NCBI GenBank assembly: GCA_036172245.1 | Contig: JAYWIR010000006.1 | Coordinates: forward strand, 5,952,001-5,997,970 | From: Raillietiella orientalis | Taxonomy: Eukaryota | Length of the DNA stretch: 45,970 nucleotides | Direction: 5' to 3' | In this document: in pieces, positions 23,985 through 37,400 of the stretch | Position numbering within the stretch: the stretch's first letter is position 1 | How the letters are laid out: each line of letters starts with the position of its first letter | Notes under the pieces: model-generated | What the model was told of the DNA's origin: nothing | Seen by the model: only the letters and a program-made list of their open reading frames with translations | Database searches by the model: none | Translations under genes and position numbers: made by a program

Positions 23985-26099
23985 TTCAGTGACCAGTGTA
24001 TTTACCTTAATGAACACTTCTAGAGTAATAGTTCCAGTCAAGGTGGCTCGTACATCAGCTTCTATGCTGCAATGAAGGTTTCTTTGTGAATTCAAGGAAA
24101 GTGACTAATGATTCTGAACAATCACCAGCTCATGAAGTAACCAGCATGATAAAATGGCACAGCGTACTAATTTTGTGGCAGCATGCTTGAATGCTTAGAG
24201 TAGACTTGTGTGTTTGGCTTCAGTGATCATAAGCTTTAGCAGTATATGGTTTCGCTAAAAAGTTTTTACATTCAGAGTGCACTCAATTGCTTGCTTTATT
24301 TATGTGACTTAGTGAAACTTCAGTTTGTAATGGCCAGTGATGCTTATGTGAATATTCGAGACTACCTTGATGCTTATCTTAAGCAAATCAAGCTAATTGT
24401 TTTATTGGTGGAGTTTGTTAACCTGATAAATGAGCTTGTTTACCAGATACTGATAATTAGGCTACGTATAACAAAGTAGGTATTTATTATTCGGAGATTA
24501 GTGTTTGTTTCGAAGTGTTGAGTGCTCAGAAGTGGAAAAGTGCATTTATTATAGTGAGTTCTTAGTGTTCGTTCACCTGATGGCTTGTGCGAGAGGACTG
24601 CAAAAGCATGATCACAGGAGAGCATTTTCTAACACACATCTGCATGACAAGATGCTTTCAGGCAACAGAGAGTTTATTGTTTCTTCATGAATTTCTCTGT
24701 ATTCTTTTGTGAGTACTGTTCGTAACGGTAAAACTTTACCGATGAAGGTGGTGGCAGTAAATCCAAGTATGATTTTGCAAAAGATACTGTTACGGAAGGT
24801 CATCGAGAAATTATGGAGTTTCTCCTCACTAAAGGGGTTAATGCAAGAACTTTTTTCATAAAGAAATATTACTAACAACCTGAACATGCGTTTCGTGATT
24901 TTGTGAGAAACCAATTCCAAAGTGTCCGTTTATACTAACTCAGTATCAGAGATCCAGTTCAAACCTAAAGAAGTTTTGTGGATCATTTGTAGGCATCAAG
25001 GTGACAGCTTGTTGGGTGTGTAGACTTTCATAGGACCTTGTTTCACACTCCCTACCATATTGATTTATGAGCGAGCGTACCGCTCTTGTAATGCGGTTGC
25101 AGCTCCTTTTGGTACACAAAGCGTGTCATTATTTCAGACAACCAGGTATTGGCTGCCGTGGCGCCATTGGTGGAGACATGTCTTGAATTCTATTTTGGAA
25201 TTCATTAGTAAGTTACTTTTGCTGCTTCAACAGCTGTAGCCTTGTTATGAAAGCTTGTTTCTGAAATCATTCCCATTCCACGTAAAAATCTCAAATGTCG
25301 CAAGCAGTGAAGTCGCACTTTTGTGAGACATTCGTTTAGGAATGCGAATTTGCAGTTTCCATTTCTTATTTAAAAGTACTAAAAAGTTAAAAAGCACTGA
25401 GCTAAGCATAAGAGATCATCGAAGTTTATCAACTTGTTCATCAGACGGCTGTCTGCATTAAAAATTTTATTCCTTGTAAAAACTCATATCCAGAGCACAT
25501 TTGTTATGGATGCTGGATACGATGTTACGTTGCATGAAGAAAGTCAGATTACGAAGAAATTTAACGTAGTTTGCAACGTAGTGCTTTTGCATTTACAAAT
25601 GCGCCTCGATTGTCCCACGAGCTTTTTACTGTTTGAAACTTAAGCTGTTCGCCAAACGAGATTTGGCTTTCCATTTACTCTGGGTTTAAGACTTGATGTG
25701 CACCGAATGTTTTCCCAGGAAGCCCTTGTGATACGAAGAGAGATGTTCCGTCGGTATTGAGGAGAGCAGGTGGGCAAAGGTAATTCTGTGAATACTTTCA
25801 CGACTACATCTGCTAAGCGAAATTAATCAGCAGCATTATGTAAGAAAGCACAGTTTGCAGCAAGCCTTGGGTTCACTGTGATTTCCACCCGGATAATCCC
25901 GGGGCGTTTATTAAAAAACATTCCACAAACCCCAGGCCAGGTACCAGGCCCCACTAACGGCCACACAACGCCGGACCTGCCGGGACGCCAAGACGCAGCC
26001 CGACGTGGCTCTCCTCGGCAGTGGAAGGGATGGGGGAGAAAACAAAAAGAAAAATAAAAAGTAAGGAAAACAAAAAGTTGGAGGGCTGGGAAGGGATCA

Positions 26100-29000
26100 T
26101 TATGCACTGGGAGGAGGGCCCATCCTTCGAAGGAAGCCCTTTAAGTCCATTCGAATTGTACCCAGCTGGGGCCATCCAGAAGCTCTCGTCAGGAACCGAA
26201 CAGCATACGGGATGACGTCCCTCTCGTTCTGGTTCACATCTTCGCGGGTATCACTCCACGCCGCCACGATGCCACGGATGCAGCATAATGCTGCCACGGC
26301 TGCGGCTGGCTGCAGGGCATCCCGCACGAACAGAAGTCGGAAAACGCCTCTGGGCGCGCTGCCCGTAGGGAGCCCTAAGGTCGTCCCAAACCGTTCCCAC
26401 AGAGGTCGGAGGGCAGCACAGTCAACAAGAAGATGGGGAGCGATTCCCGCTCCCCACACCGGGCACACTCAGGATTTACTCTCCCCCGGGTCCAGTGGAA
26501 GCAGCGCGCGTTGCAGGGCACACCCCAATGCAACGTCAGCAGCGCCGACTCTTGCCACTTGAGGGGGAGAATCCTGGATCCAATTAAAACCGGGGGCCAC
26601 TTCAGGTCATCCGTTGGCATGCCGAGCAGCTCGCTCCATCTTGCAAGTCCTCGCGGGAGGGCACTCGGGGTCGTGGCATCCACCAGTTCTCGCGTGGTCC
26701 AACCGTTTAACATTCTCTCGTCCTGAGTTCCGGCAGGAGACTTGCCACTTCGGCGTCCGGCCGCTGGTAAGGACCCTATACAGAAAGGGCAGCGCCGTAG
26801 CTAAAGGGGTGGTCTCCGCCCACATGCTTCTGGCGGGACACAGCAAAGTGGACCGCAGAGTGCAGCAGGCGTTACTGCCGAATCGCAGGCGGTTCCAGTT
26901 TTCATCTCTGGTGTTGTTCAGCTTTGCCCACGTTCCAACGGTTTCCTCCAACCAGGCGGAGGAGTTGGCGGGGCTGCATGCTATCCAACCGTTCTCTCTC
27001 ACCAGGGCTTCCATGCGTCCGAGGAGGAGGCCGCATCTTCTAACTTTCCGGCAGCGGCACAGAAGATAGGACGCGAGCCCTTGCGTCCTGGAAACACGGC
27101 TGGCAAGGAGGTGGGCCGGAACGCACCAAGGGGTGTTCCACAACTTCGCTGCGATGGCCAGGGTGCGCCATCGCAGCTGGATCTACAAGCGCTCCAGCGT
27201 CAGGAGGCTGAGACCGCCGTCCCGACGAGGAGAGCTTATGTCTTTCAAATTCATTCGGGGCCTTCCGCTGTCCCAGAGGGCGATGCAGAGTAGGTCTTTA
27301 GTACGTTTTTTCAACTGGGTGGGGACGGGGCAAACAAAAAGCAGGAGGCGGAGGATGGGAGCCGCGAACGCGTTCCACACCGCGGCTCGTTCCGGCAGAA
27401 GGAACTTGCCTTCCAGGAACGGGCCGATTGCCAACTCTACCTTTTGGAGACGACCTGACCAGGCTTCTGCGAGGCAGAAGTCCCCCAACGGGACACCCAG
27501 GTACTTCAGGTACCTGTCCGCGGGGATCCCCAAGCGGATCCAGTCAGGCCGTCCGACCCACGTCGCACCCACCGGTACGACCGACGACTTCGCCTCGTTT
27601 ACCCGAAGTCCAGTCCCACGACTTAGCAGGTCGAAGAAATCCTCGACTGCGGCTGCCGGGGCGGACATGGGAAACATGAGCAGAAGGTCGTCGGCGTATG
27701 CTGCTACGGCGGGCGTGCCGGGGCACGAGCTGGGCAGGGCAGCCAAAGTCACCCTGTACGCTCTCAGCACCAACTCAAAGTAGGTGCTAAAGAGCAGGGG
27801 ATTGAGGCTATCGCCCTGCCGTATGCCCCGCCGCACCGGCACGCCGTACACCTGTTGGCTGGGAAAGCAGATGTTAAGGATGGCGTTGCGCCAGCAGAAG
27901 CGCAGGAAGGAGAGAAGGGAGGGTGGGAAGCCCATGCGACCCAGGAGCTCCAACAGTAGCTCCTGGTCAACGCAGTCGAACGCCTTATGGAGATCGACCG
28001 CGATCGCTACGGCCCCCTTCCCAGACCGGGTGTCCATTCCCAGCCCAGCTGGCGGCCCCAAAGTGGGGTTGCCAATCTTTCCGCCAGTTTCATTTAGGCA
28101 GCGCTGCACATGGAACCATGTGCTCGCGAAGAACAGGTTGGCATCCATACTTCGTCCGGGAACAGCGTATGTCTGCTCCGGGCTAATTATGGAGTCTGCC
28201 ACCTGTCCTAGACGCGAAGCCCACAGTCCAGCGACCAGCTTGGCGTCCGTATTCACAATTGTGATCGGACGCCAGTTGCCTAGGGATCTCAGGCCTCCTC
28301 CCTTTGGGAGGAGCCTCACACGGGCTGACCGAAACGAGGCGGGAACGTCGCCTTCGTCTCGGATCAGCCCGGTCAACTGGAGCACCAGGGGGGCAGCTCT
28401 GTCGCGAAGCATTGAAAAAATTCCGTAGGCAGGCCGTCCTCCCCTGGCGCCTTACGCCTCTTGAGCCTTTTAATACCGGCGAGAATTTCACCGGTAGAAA
28501 AAGGCTCGTCGAGGCTGATCCTCTCCTCCTCCCCTATTGCCGGGGCTCCGTCCGGAAGCAGGAGTCGCGATGCGTCCCGCTCTGGGGGTGCCCTAGCGTA
28601 GAGGGAGGGATAGTAATGGCGCACGAGGTGCCTGATCGCAGGTGAGGCCGATGGCTCCCGGCCCTGGTCGTCCAGCAAGCTGGCCGACCCGGATTGCCAG
28701 GCTTGGCGCTCGGCCCCGGCTCGATATTCGGCCAGGCGACGGACATTGGGGGTCCTCTCGTACCGGCGGGCCTGTAAATAGGCCCTATGGTTCCGAGCCC
28801 CCTCCCCAAATCCGGGGAGCAGGCGGTGCAGGAGGAACTCCTCGCAGAACTCGCGGACCGAGGCCTTGAAGAGGTCCCAATCTTTGAGACTGCGGAGGGT
28901 GACGCCTCTCAGGAATTCGCGAAGGTGTTCCTTCGCAACTGAGAGCCGCGTCCAGTCCCCAGGCAACCGCCACGCCCTGGCCAGGGGTCCTTTATCGCGC

Positions 29001-29686
29001 GGGCATACCGCGGCGATTAACCTGGAATGGTCCGACAGCGTCGACGCAACTTTTCCCAGTTTGCCGACCCGCGAGCACAGGTCGACACCCAGGAAGAAGT
29101 GGTGGATGCTGCGGTCCATTCCCTCCGCGTCCGCCAACAAGTTGCGCGTGCGCATGGCAGCGCACAACTCGTTGGCCGTGCGTTCTTGTGCTTCGTGCTC
29201 ACCTGACAGCAGACGGAGATTAAAGTCCCCAGCTATCAGGTGTGCCTTCCGCACGTTCGTATCGGCCATCCAGTCGCGCTTCAGGGTTTCCAGCAACCTG
29301 GTACGGTCGCTGTATCCCCCTTTCCCGCTTGGGGCGTACACGTTCGTGACGATCAATTCGATCGAGGCGGACCAGCTGAGAGCCAGCTGACCGACCCGAC
29401 CGTCGTTATCGAAGCGTACGCCCTTCACGGCAGCGTCGATGGCCGGTTTCACGAAGAACGCGACCCCGCAAGTGTTGCGGAGGCCGCACCGCCAATACAG
29501 TCGACCCCCCGCGATCGCCTCGATCTCCTGGACGTCTGCCTAGGTGATCACGTGGATCTCCTGCAGCAGGGCCAGCTCGAGCTCACGCAGGGTGTCGGCC
29601 GTATCTCGCCTGTTACCGTCGTCGCGCAGCCCGTTGACGTTCCAACAGGCGGCCCGAATCCGACGGCGACTGGCGAGACCAGGTGT
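26100..29686 (-). pseudogene. Copy A ORF2: APE endonuclease, reverse transcriptase and zinc finger
   Basis: Motifs WNVNGL, LQEIH, NVYAP, AGDFN, SDH, KAPGEDG, WRPI, DLHKAFD, RQGDSL, YADD, KYLG and CPVW/CGE..PHL..C. Stop near 29540 and several frameshifts. Confidence 0.92.
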
Positions 29687-31437
29687 TACTCCTGGGAAGA
29701 TGGCGATGCGGCGTCCGCCACCTGTTGGGGCGGGACGCTAGGTGGAGGAGGAGGGTCAGGTGCTGCGTGCACCTGGTCCCCCTCCCCCATGGGTAACGGC
29801 GCGTCGAGCGGGTCACCCTCAGGTGGGGTCGCGCCTACCTGTTGGCCCTCCTCCATTGGGGTGGGCTGTTCAGGCTCGGCGACTGCAGGGAGGACTTCGC
29901 CCTCCTGCTCACCCTCCTCCATGGGGGTGGCCGGCTCGACGGCTTCCGAGCGTGGGAGTTTCCCTCCGGGATTCCCACGCTACCGCTAGCTTCCTGCTTC
30001 TCCTCCTCGCTCGTGGAGGGGAGGCGCCTCCTCGGCTTTTGGGACTTGCGTCCCGACTTCCTGGGGGTGCCTCCGAGGAGGAGGATGCACTTCCGGCCCC
30101 CAGGTCCGACTCACCTGTGGGGGCCTTTTTCGCGGGAGCCGGCCTTCGCACGGCCTTGCGTGAGGGGTTCTCACGCTCCGCCAGCGTGGCCGCGAGCTCC
30201 TCCGCCGCCTTTGGGAACGCGGCGTCCTCGGTTTCCACCGGCGCGTCGCGCGGCTCACCCTCTGTTTGCACAGAGGGTTCGCCGTCACGAACTTCGGGCG
30301 CGACGGAAACGGCGAGGGGAGGCTCGTCGCCCCGGGTGGCATCTTCCGGAACGACGATCCGTTCCAGTGCCACCGTGAACTCGCGTACGGTTTTCGAACG
30401 TGGTCCGGTTTTTTTTTCCTTACCGGCCGGCTTCTCTTCTTTTTTAAAGGAGCTTTTCTCTCTTTTCTGGCTGCTACAAGTTGCCATCCCTCTTCACCTT
30501 CCGCCTCTTGGTTAGTTTTATCCTCCGCCTGCTTTTGTTTGCAAGTCCTTTCTTTTGGAGTTTGAGGATCTGGCAACCTCAGCCGGCCAGCGTCCGCCTT
30601 AGGTCTTGTGACCTTTAGTGCGCGTTTCCCCTGCGCCTTTTTCGCGGCAGGAGGAACCGGGGTGGGGCGTTTTGGGCACACACGTCGAACGTGGCCCTCC
30701 TCCCCGCACATGTGGCATTGGATGTTAGGACACCTCTTGCGAAGGTGTCCTACGGTATCGCAGTAGCCGCAATACCGGGGCTTTCCCACGTACCAGGGGT
30801 CCACGCTCTCTTGCGCGACCTCCAGCTTGTGGGGGAGCCCACAGTCCTTATTCACGGTTACCCGCGCTGCAGCCTGGCCTCCGAAATGGCTATTGAAGCC
30901 TTTGAAGATTGTTGGCTTAGGCCATAGCGTGTGCACCTCGCCGAACTTCTGTAGTTCTTGTGCTACCGCAGAGCGAGTCATACGGTTCGTTATTCCAGTG
31001 AGATGGACCACTACGGAGCGGTCCATCGTCACCGGCAAGATCTTGCGGCCGTCGACGTTCAACGGGTTGGTGATTAGAGTCTGAGCCAAGGTGATCTGCT
31101 TGCACACCACCTCGACTCGCTGACCTCCGCTGAGAACGGACAAACCGTCTAGATCTTGTTCGTTTACTCCGGCGTTTTGCAGCGCTTTCGAAAACGCGCG
31201 TGCCGTTTTTCCATCAAATAAGGGGCCTACCTGGTATACCAAGCTGGGCTTGTACCCAGCTGCCCGGTAGGCCGCCATCTCCGTTACGGTTTCCGCGCTC
31301 GGCGCGGCCACCATGGCGCTCCAGCTCCTCGCCTTGGGCGGCAAGGGCGATTCCGGGGCGGACGCCCCTGATTCTGTAGGCTGTGGAGGTGGGCAAGCCT
31401 CCCCCACACCTACCTCCATCGTGGTGTCCTCAGGCAT
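29686..31437 (-). pseudogene. Copy A ORF1: gag-like nucleic-acid-binding protein with two CCHC knuckles
   Basis: Reads CGYCDTVGHLRKRC and CHMCGEEGHVRRVC. The start (GCGATGCCTGA) is conserved with copies C and G. Frameshifts near 30420 and 29985. Confidence 0.88.
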
Positions 31438-31533
31438 CGCTGACATCGGACACCAACGATGTTCCACACGAACACACACAAAGTGAAAAGCGCTTTCTGT
31501 CGACTCACTCGGGAGCGAAGAAGAAACACGTCC

Positions 31534-34436
31534 TTCCGTAACGAAAGAGCGTCCTTGTATGGCCGTCGTTACGCGAGGACCCCCAATGTCCGTCGCCTGG
31601 CAGAGTACCGAGCCGGGGCCGAACGTCAAGCCTGGCAATCCGGATCGGCCAGCTTGCTGGACGACCAGGTCCGGGAGCACTCGGCTCCGGCTAGAATACG
31701 GCACCTCGTACGGCGTTTTTATTCCTCCCTTTACGCCAGGGCGCTCCCGGACCAAGATACATCTCGGTGCTTGCTTCCGAACGGTGCCCCGGCAATAGGG
31801 GAGGAGGAGAAGGAAAGCCTCGACGAGCATTTTACCACCGGCGAAATTCTCGCCGGTATCAAAAGGCTCAAGAGGCGGAAAGCACCAGGGGAGGACGGCC
31901 TGCCTGCGGAGTTTTTTCAATGCTTCGCGGCAGAGTTGGCACCCCTGGTGCTCCAGTTGACCGGGCTGATCCGAGACGAAGGCGACGTTCCCGCCTCGTT
32001 TCGGTCAGCCAGAGTGAGGCTCGTTCCGAAAGGAGGAGACCTCAGGAAACTCATCAACTGGCGTCCGATCACAATTGTGAACACGGACGCCAAGTTGATC
32101 GCCGGACTGTGGACTTCGCTTCTGGGGCAGGTGGCCAATTCCATAATTAGCCCGGAGCAGACTTACGCTGTTCCCGGGCGAAGTATGGAGGCCAACCTCT
32201 TCTTCGCGAGCACATGGTTTCATGTGCAGAGTAGTGAAGAAAAGGAAGAAGGAAGGATTGGCAGCCCCGCTTTGGGGGCGTCAGCCGGGCAGGGACAGGA
32301 CTCCCAGGTGGGGAAGGGAGCCCTAGCGATCGCAGTCGATCTGCACAAAGCGTTTGACTGCTTGGACCAGGATCTCCTGCTGGAGCTCCTGGGACGCATG
32401 GGCTTCCCTCCCTCCCTACTGACCTACCTGCGCTCTTGCTGGCGCAGCGCGCTGATCAATATCTCTTTCAGAGGTCAAATGGCGTACGGCGTGCCGGTAC
32501 GGCGGGGCATACGGCAGGGCGACAGCCTCAGTCCCCTGCTCTTTAGCACCTACTTTGAGTTGGTGCTGAGAGCGTACAGGGTGACTTTGGCCCCCTTGCC
32601 GAGCTCGTGCCCCGGCACGCCCGCCGTAGCATCATACGCCGACGATCTTTTGCTTCTGTTGCCGATGTCAACCCCGGCGAAGGCGGTCGGGGATTTCTTC
32701 GATCTGCTTAGCCGCGTGACCGGACTTACGGTGAACAGGGCGTAGTCGACGGTGGTTCCAGTCGGTGCGGCTTGGGCTGGGCAGCAGGACTGGGTCCGCT
32801 TGGGGATCCCCACGGCGAGGTGCTTGAAGTACCTTGGTGTGCCGTTGGGGGACTACTCCCCTGCGGAAGCGTGGTCTGGCTGCCTCCAAAAAGTGGAAAC
32901 GGCGATCGGCCCGTTCTTGGAAGACAAGTTTCTCCTTCCGGAACAAGCCGCGGTATGGAACGCGTTCGCGGCTCCTATCCTCCGCCCCCTGCTTTTTGTT
33001 TGCCCCGTCCCCAGAGAGTTGAAAAAACGGACTAAGGACCTCCTGAGAATTGCCCTTTGGGGAAGAGGGAGGCCTCGATTCCCGTTGAAGGACTTGTGTG
33101 CTCCACGTCGGGATGGCGGTCTCGGCCTCTTGACGATGGAGCGAGTAGAGATTCAGCTGCGGTTGCGAACCCTCGCCATCGCAGCGAAGGTATGGAGCAC
33201 TTCTTGGTGCGTCCCGGCCCGACTCCTTGCCAGCCGTGTATCCGGAACGGAGGGTCTCGCGTCCTATCTTCTCTGCCGTGGCAGGAAGATCAAGAGATGC
33301 GGAGTTCTCCTGGGACGCATGGCAACTCTGGCTAAGGAAAACGGCTGGATGGTATGCAGCCCCGCCAACTCCTCCGCATGGCTGGAGGAGACAGCTGGCA
33401 CGTAAGCGAAGAATAATGAAAAAAATGAATAGATATGGAACTGCCTGCGACGCGGCGCCTGTTCCTGCTGCACTCTGCGGAAGATACTCCAGTGTCCCGC
33501 GAGGAGCACGTGGGCAGAGACAACCCCCCTAGCTACGGCGATGCCCTTCCTGAGGAGGGCGCTCTCCAGCAGCCGCAAGCCTAGGTGGCAAGTCTCCTGC
33601 CGCGTCGCAGGCAAGGAGAAGTTGATCAGCGGCTGGTCCACGGGTGAACTGCGAAAGGCAGTACCCCTAGTGTCCAGCCGAGAAGACTTCAGAGATAGGG
33701 CGATCTACTCGGCATACAGCCGGATGACCTGAAGTGGCCCCCGGTATTAATTGGATCTAGGATCCTCCCCCTGCAGTGGCAGGAGTCGGCGCTTCTGTTG
33801 TTGCATTGGGGTCTACCCTGCAACGCGCGCCGCCACCACTGGACCAGGGGTCGAGTAGATCCTACCTGCAACAGGTGTGCGGAACGGGAAACTCTCCCCC
33901 ACCTCCTTGTTGATTGTGCTGCCCTCCGATCCCTGTGGGAACGTCTTCGTCCCTCCCTACGGATCCAGGAGGGCAGCCAGCCCAGAGACGTTTTTCGGCT
34001 TCTGTGCGTGCATGATGCCCTGCGTCCAGCCGCTACCCTGGCTGCACTTTGCTGCGTACGCGGGATTGTGACGTGCTGGAGCAACGTCGGAAGACCGAGC
34101 CACGACAGGGATGCCGTCGTACTTGCAGTCCGCTACCTGCGGATTGTGACCAGATGGCCCCACCTGGGTATTGTACGGACGGACCTCGAGGGCATCCTAA
34201 GGAGGATGGACCCTCCTCCCAGTGGTCAGTGATCCCTCCCTAACCCTCCCAAATTTTTTTTTGTTTTGATGTTTTATTTTTCTTTTTGTTTTTTCTTCCA
34301 CCCCCTTCCGCTGCCGAGGAGAGTCGCGCCGGTCTGCGTAACGGCGACCCGGCAGGTCCAGTTGAGTTGGCCGTAGTGGGGCCTCGTACCACGAATCAAA
34401 GAGAATTTTTAATAAACGCCCCGGCGTGACCGGGTG
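31534..34436 (+). mobile_element. Copy B: 5'-truncated Tx1-like element (ORF2 from RNERA to the 3' end)
   Basis: RT motifs WRPI, KAFD, QGDSL, YADD and KYLG; zinc finger; stops at 32743 and 33403; terminus AATAAACGCCCCGGCGTGACCGGGTG. Confidence 0.93.
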
Positions 34437-37400
34437 GCAACTATCAACTTGTAATCCGCATGCACTATTGTGATGGGACGCCAGTTGTTAATGCTCCTCA
34501 GATCTCCTCCCTTAGGGAGAAGCCGCACAATTTGCCGAACGAAACGAGGCAGGAACGTTACCTTTTTCGCGTATCAGCAAGATGAGTTGATGTACCAGGG
34601 GGGTTAGCTCAGGCGCGAAAGTTTGATAAAACTCCGTTCACGGGCCGTCCTCCCCTGAAGCCTTGCGCCTCTTGAGCTTTCCGATGGCCGAGATGATCTC
34701 GCCCATCGTGAAAGGCTCGTCAAGGGGCTTTTTCTCCTCTTCCCCGATCCCACGACCGCCTTCCGGAAGCAGGAGTCGTGAGAAATCCCGCTCGGCAGGC
34801 GTTCTTGCGTACAGTGAGGAGTAAAAACGTCGCAGCAGACCGCGAATCTGAGCGGGTGTTGAATGCTCCTGGCCCTGATCTCCCAAGAAGCTGGCCGATC
34901 CTGACTGCCAGGCTTGCCTCTCGGCTCCCGCTTTGTATTCCAGGAGCCTGCGGATGTCGGGGGTCCTGGCGTAACGGCGAGCATGCAGATAGGCTCGTTC
35001 GTTACGTACCCCGTCCCCAAATTCCGCAGGTAGGCGGTGTAGAGGGAACTGGTCGCAGAACTCCTGAACCGACCGTTTGAAGCTGTCCCATTCCTGGAGT
35101 GTCTGCATCCTGAAGCTCCGTATAAATGTGTTGAGATGTTCCGTGGCGCCCGAGAGCTTCAGACAGTCCCCTGGCAAACGCCACGCTGACGAGGGGGGCC
35201 CCTGTCGCGCGGATGGATTTCAATCACGATTGGTCGATGGTCGGACAACTCGTACGGTAACTTCCAGCGCTTGCCCACACGAGTGCACAGGTGCTCGTGA
35301 AGGAATACGTGATCGAGGTTGTCCTCCATCCCTGGTACACTGCCAACAAATTGCAAGTGTGCACCGCCATGCACACCTCGTTGACCAAGTCCCGCTCGTA
35401 ATTCGGCCCATCCGGTTTCAGACCAGCGTTAAAATCGCCCGCAACCAGATGGGCATTCCGCACGCCTGCCTCGGTCAACCAGTCGCCTAGGGGGGCAAGG
35501 AAAAATTCTTTCCTGGCCCTCCTGTTCGTCAGGTCTTCTCCGCTCGGGGCGTAAACGTTCGTGACGATCAGGTCGATCGAGTCGGACCAACTGAGATTCA
35601 GCGGTCTGACACGACCGTGATCGTCGAACCGCACTCCACGGGCAGCGGCCTCGATGGCGTGCCTATGCAGGTAGGCGACACCACAACTTCTCGATGTTCC
35701 ACACCGATACCACAGCCGCCCTCCTGAGATGCGTTCGATTTCCTGCGCTTGTTCTGCAGAGATCACATGGATCTCCTGCAGCAGCACAAGGTCAAACGAT
35801 CCTAGAATGGCGGCCATGTCTCGTCTCCTCCCGGCGTCTGTCATGCCTTTCACGTTTCAAACGGCGATGCGCAGACGATGGCGGGAGGAGATACACGGCA
35901 TTACTGCCGGGAAGATGACGGTGTGGGGGAACCCGTCTCTTCCGAGGCGGGTGAGATGACCATTAGGGTTTCGGACTCCTCGGGCACTTTGGGTACCTTT
36001 CCGGCTTCAACCCTCTCCATCTCCTCCGTGTCTGTGCGTGGTGGTCTCTCGGGTGACGATTCCCGGGATTCTCCCACGCTCATTGCACCCTCGCATTGGG
36101 AAGTGAACACCACGCCTTCGACCTGGAGAGGGGCTTTCCGGGGTTTGCTGGACTTCCTTCCAGCCTTCCGGCTGGGTGCCGCGGAGATGGAAACTTGGTT
36201 TCCGGCCTGCGCTTCGGGGTCGGAAGTTACCGACTCCTCGGTGGAGGCCGGACGCCTCACTGCCTTTTTGCCAGCCTTGGAGGATTCTGGCTGCAACGAT
36301 GCAGCCAGCTTCTCCGCCGCACGCTCGAAGGCGGCGTCATCGATCACGGTCTCGATGACGGACGCTTCCGCCGGTTCGCTCCCCATGCTGTTGACATTTT
36401 CAACAGTTGGTTGCTCGTCGGTAGCAGCCATTTCTACCTTGCGGCGTTCGGCGGAGACGCGTTCCACGACGACGCTGCATTCTTTTAAATTCTCGCTAAC
36501 CTGCTGTTTTTTATTTTGGTAGGCGAGCTTTTCTTCAATTCCTCGTTCTTTCTTCGACTTTTTCTTTTTCGCTGTAGCTTCTTGCCATTCCGACACCTGA
36601 CCGCTTTTGTCGATCTTTTCGGCATTCGTTACCGGGGTGTCGGCTGACGCCTGGACCACGGGAGTGGGTGGCACAGCTTGAGCGGCAGCCTTCGCCGCCA
36701 GTTTTTTCTGTAGCAGCCGCGCGCGTTTTTTGAGGTTCCTCGCGGAAACCACGCGCACAGCCGATTGTGGACACACTTCCTTCGTGTGAGCCATTGTCCA
36801 GCATACCAGGCACTGTACGTTGGGGCACCTCCTTTTGAGGTGTCCCGACGTGTTGCAGAAGCCACAGTATTTGGGCTTCCCACGTAGCAGTGGTCGACGC
36901 TTTCTCCGCCGACCACCAGTTTGTGGGGAAGGGTAGAGCCCTTCCGAACGGTTACACGGGCAGCCGTGAGGCCGCTCTGAACTGTGGTATAGTCCTCGAA
37001 AGGACTAGGCTTGTTCCATACTGCATGGACCGTGCGTTCTTTTCCCAACGCGGCGCTTAACTGTTCTTTCCGCATCCGCGCGGTAACTCCTAAAAGGTGG
37101 ACCACCATACTGTGGTCCGCCGTAACGGGAAGGAGCCTGCGTGTCCCCATTACCACGGGGGTTTTAAGCAGACGTTGGGCCAGATCTGCATGTTTGCAGA
37201 TTACCTCTACGTACTGCCCCCCGCTACGAATGGTCATAGCGCAGAGCTCCTCCTCTTTAACATCGAGAGCGCGCATCCCCTTCGAAAAGGCGCGCGTACT
37301 CTCAGAAGAATACAAATTTCCTACCTTGTAGAATAGTGCTGGGTTATACCCCTCTTCCACATAGGCAGATAATTCCGCCGCGGCTGCAGGCGATGGCGCC

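Larger units (their letters stand above)
25886..31533 (-). mobile_element. Copy A: full-length (~5.65 kb) Tx1-like non-LTR retrotransposon, inactivated
   Basis: 5' GGACGTGTTT leader, ORF1, ORF2, T-rich 3' UTR, AATAAA and terminal CCCGG-GATTAT-CCGGGTG. Confidence 0.93.

Noticed and set aside
17500..25880. Short ORFs and C/D-box-like words in the AT-rich interval
   Set aside because: Composition-driven ORFs without motifs; box words occur at chance-like frequency without convincing terminal stems.
31459..31533. ATG giving copy B a 428-aa RT gene
   Set aside because: The ATG lies in the antisense of A's leader, and the ORF stops at 32745 before the RT thumb. Most likely fortuitous.
29986..31920. 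644-aa ORF as one protein
   Set aside because: Its first ~160 aa are the antisense of copy B plus A's 5' UTR. The conserved ORF1 start is at 31437 and the tail is frameshifted.
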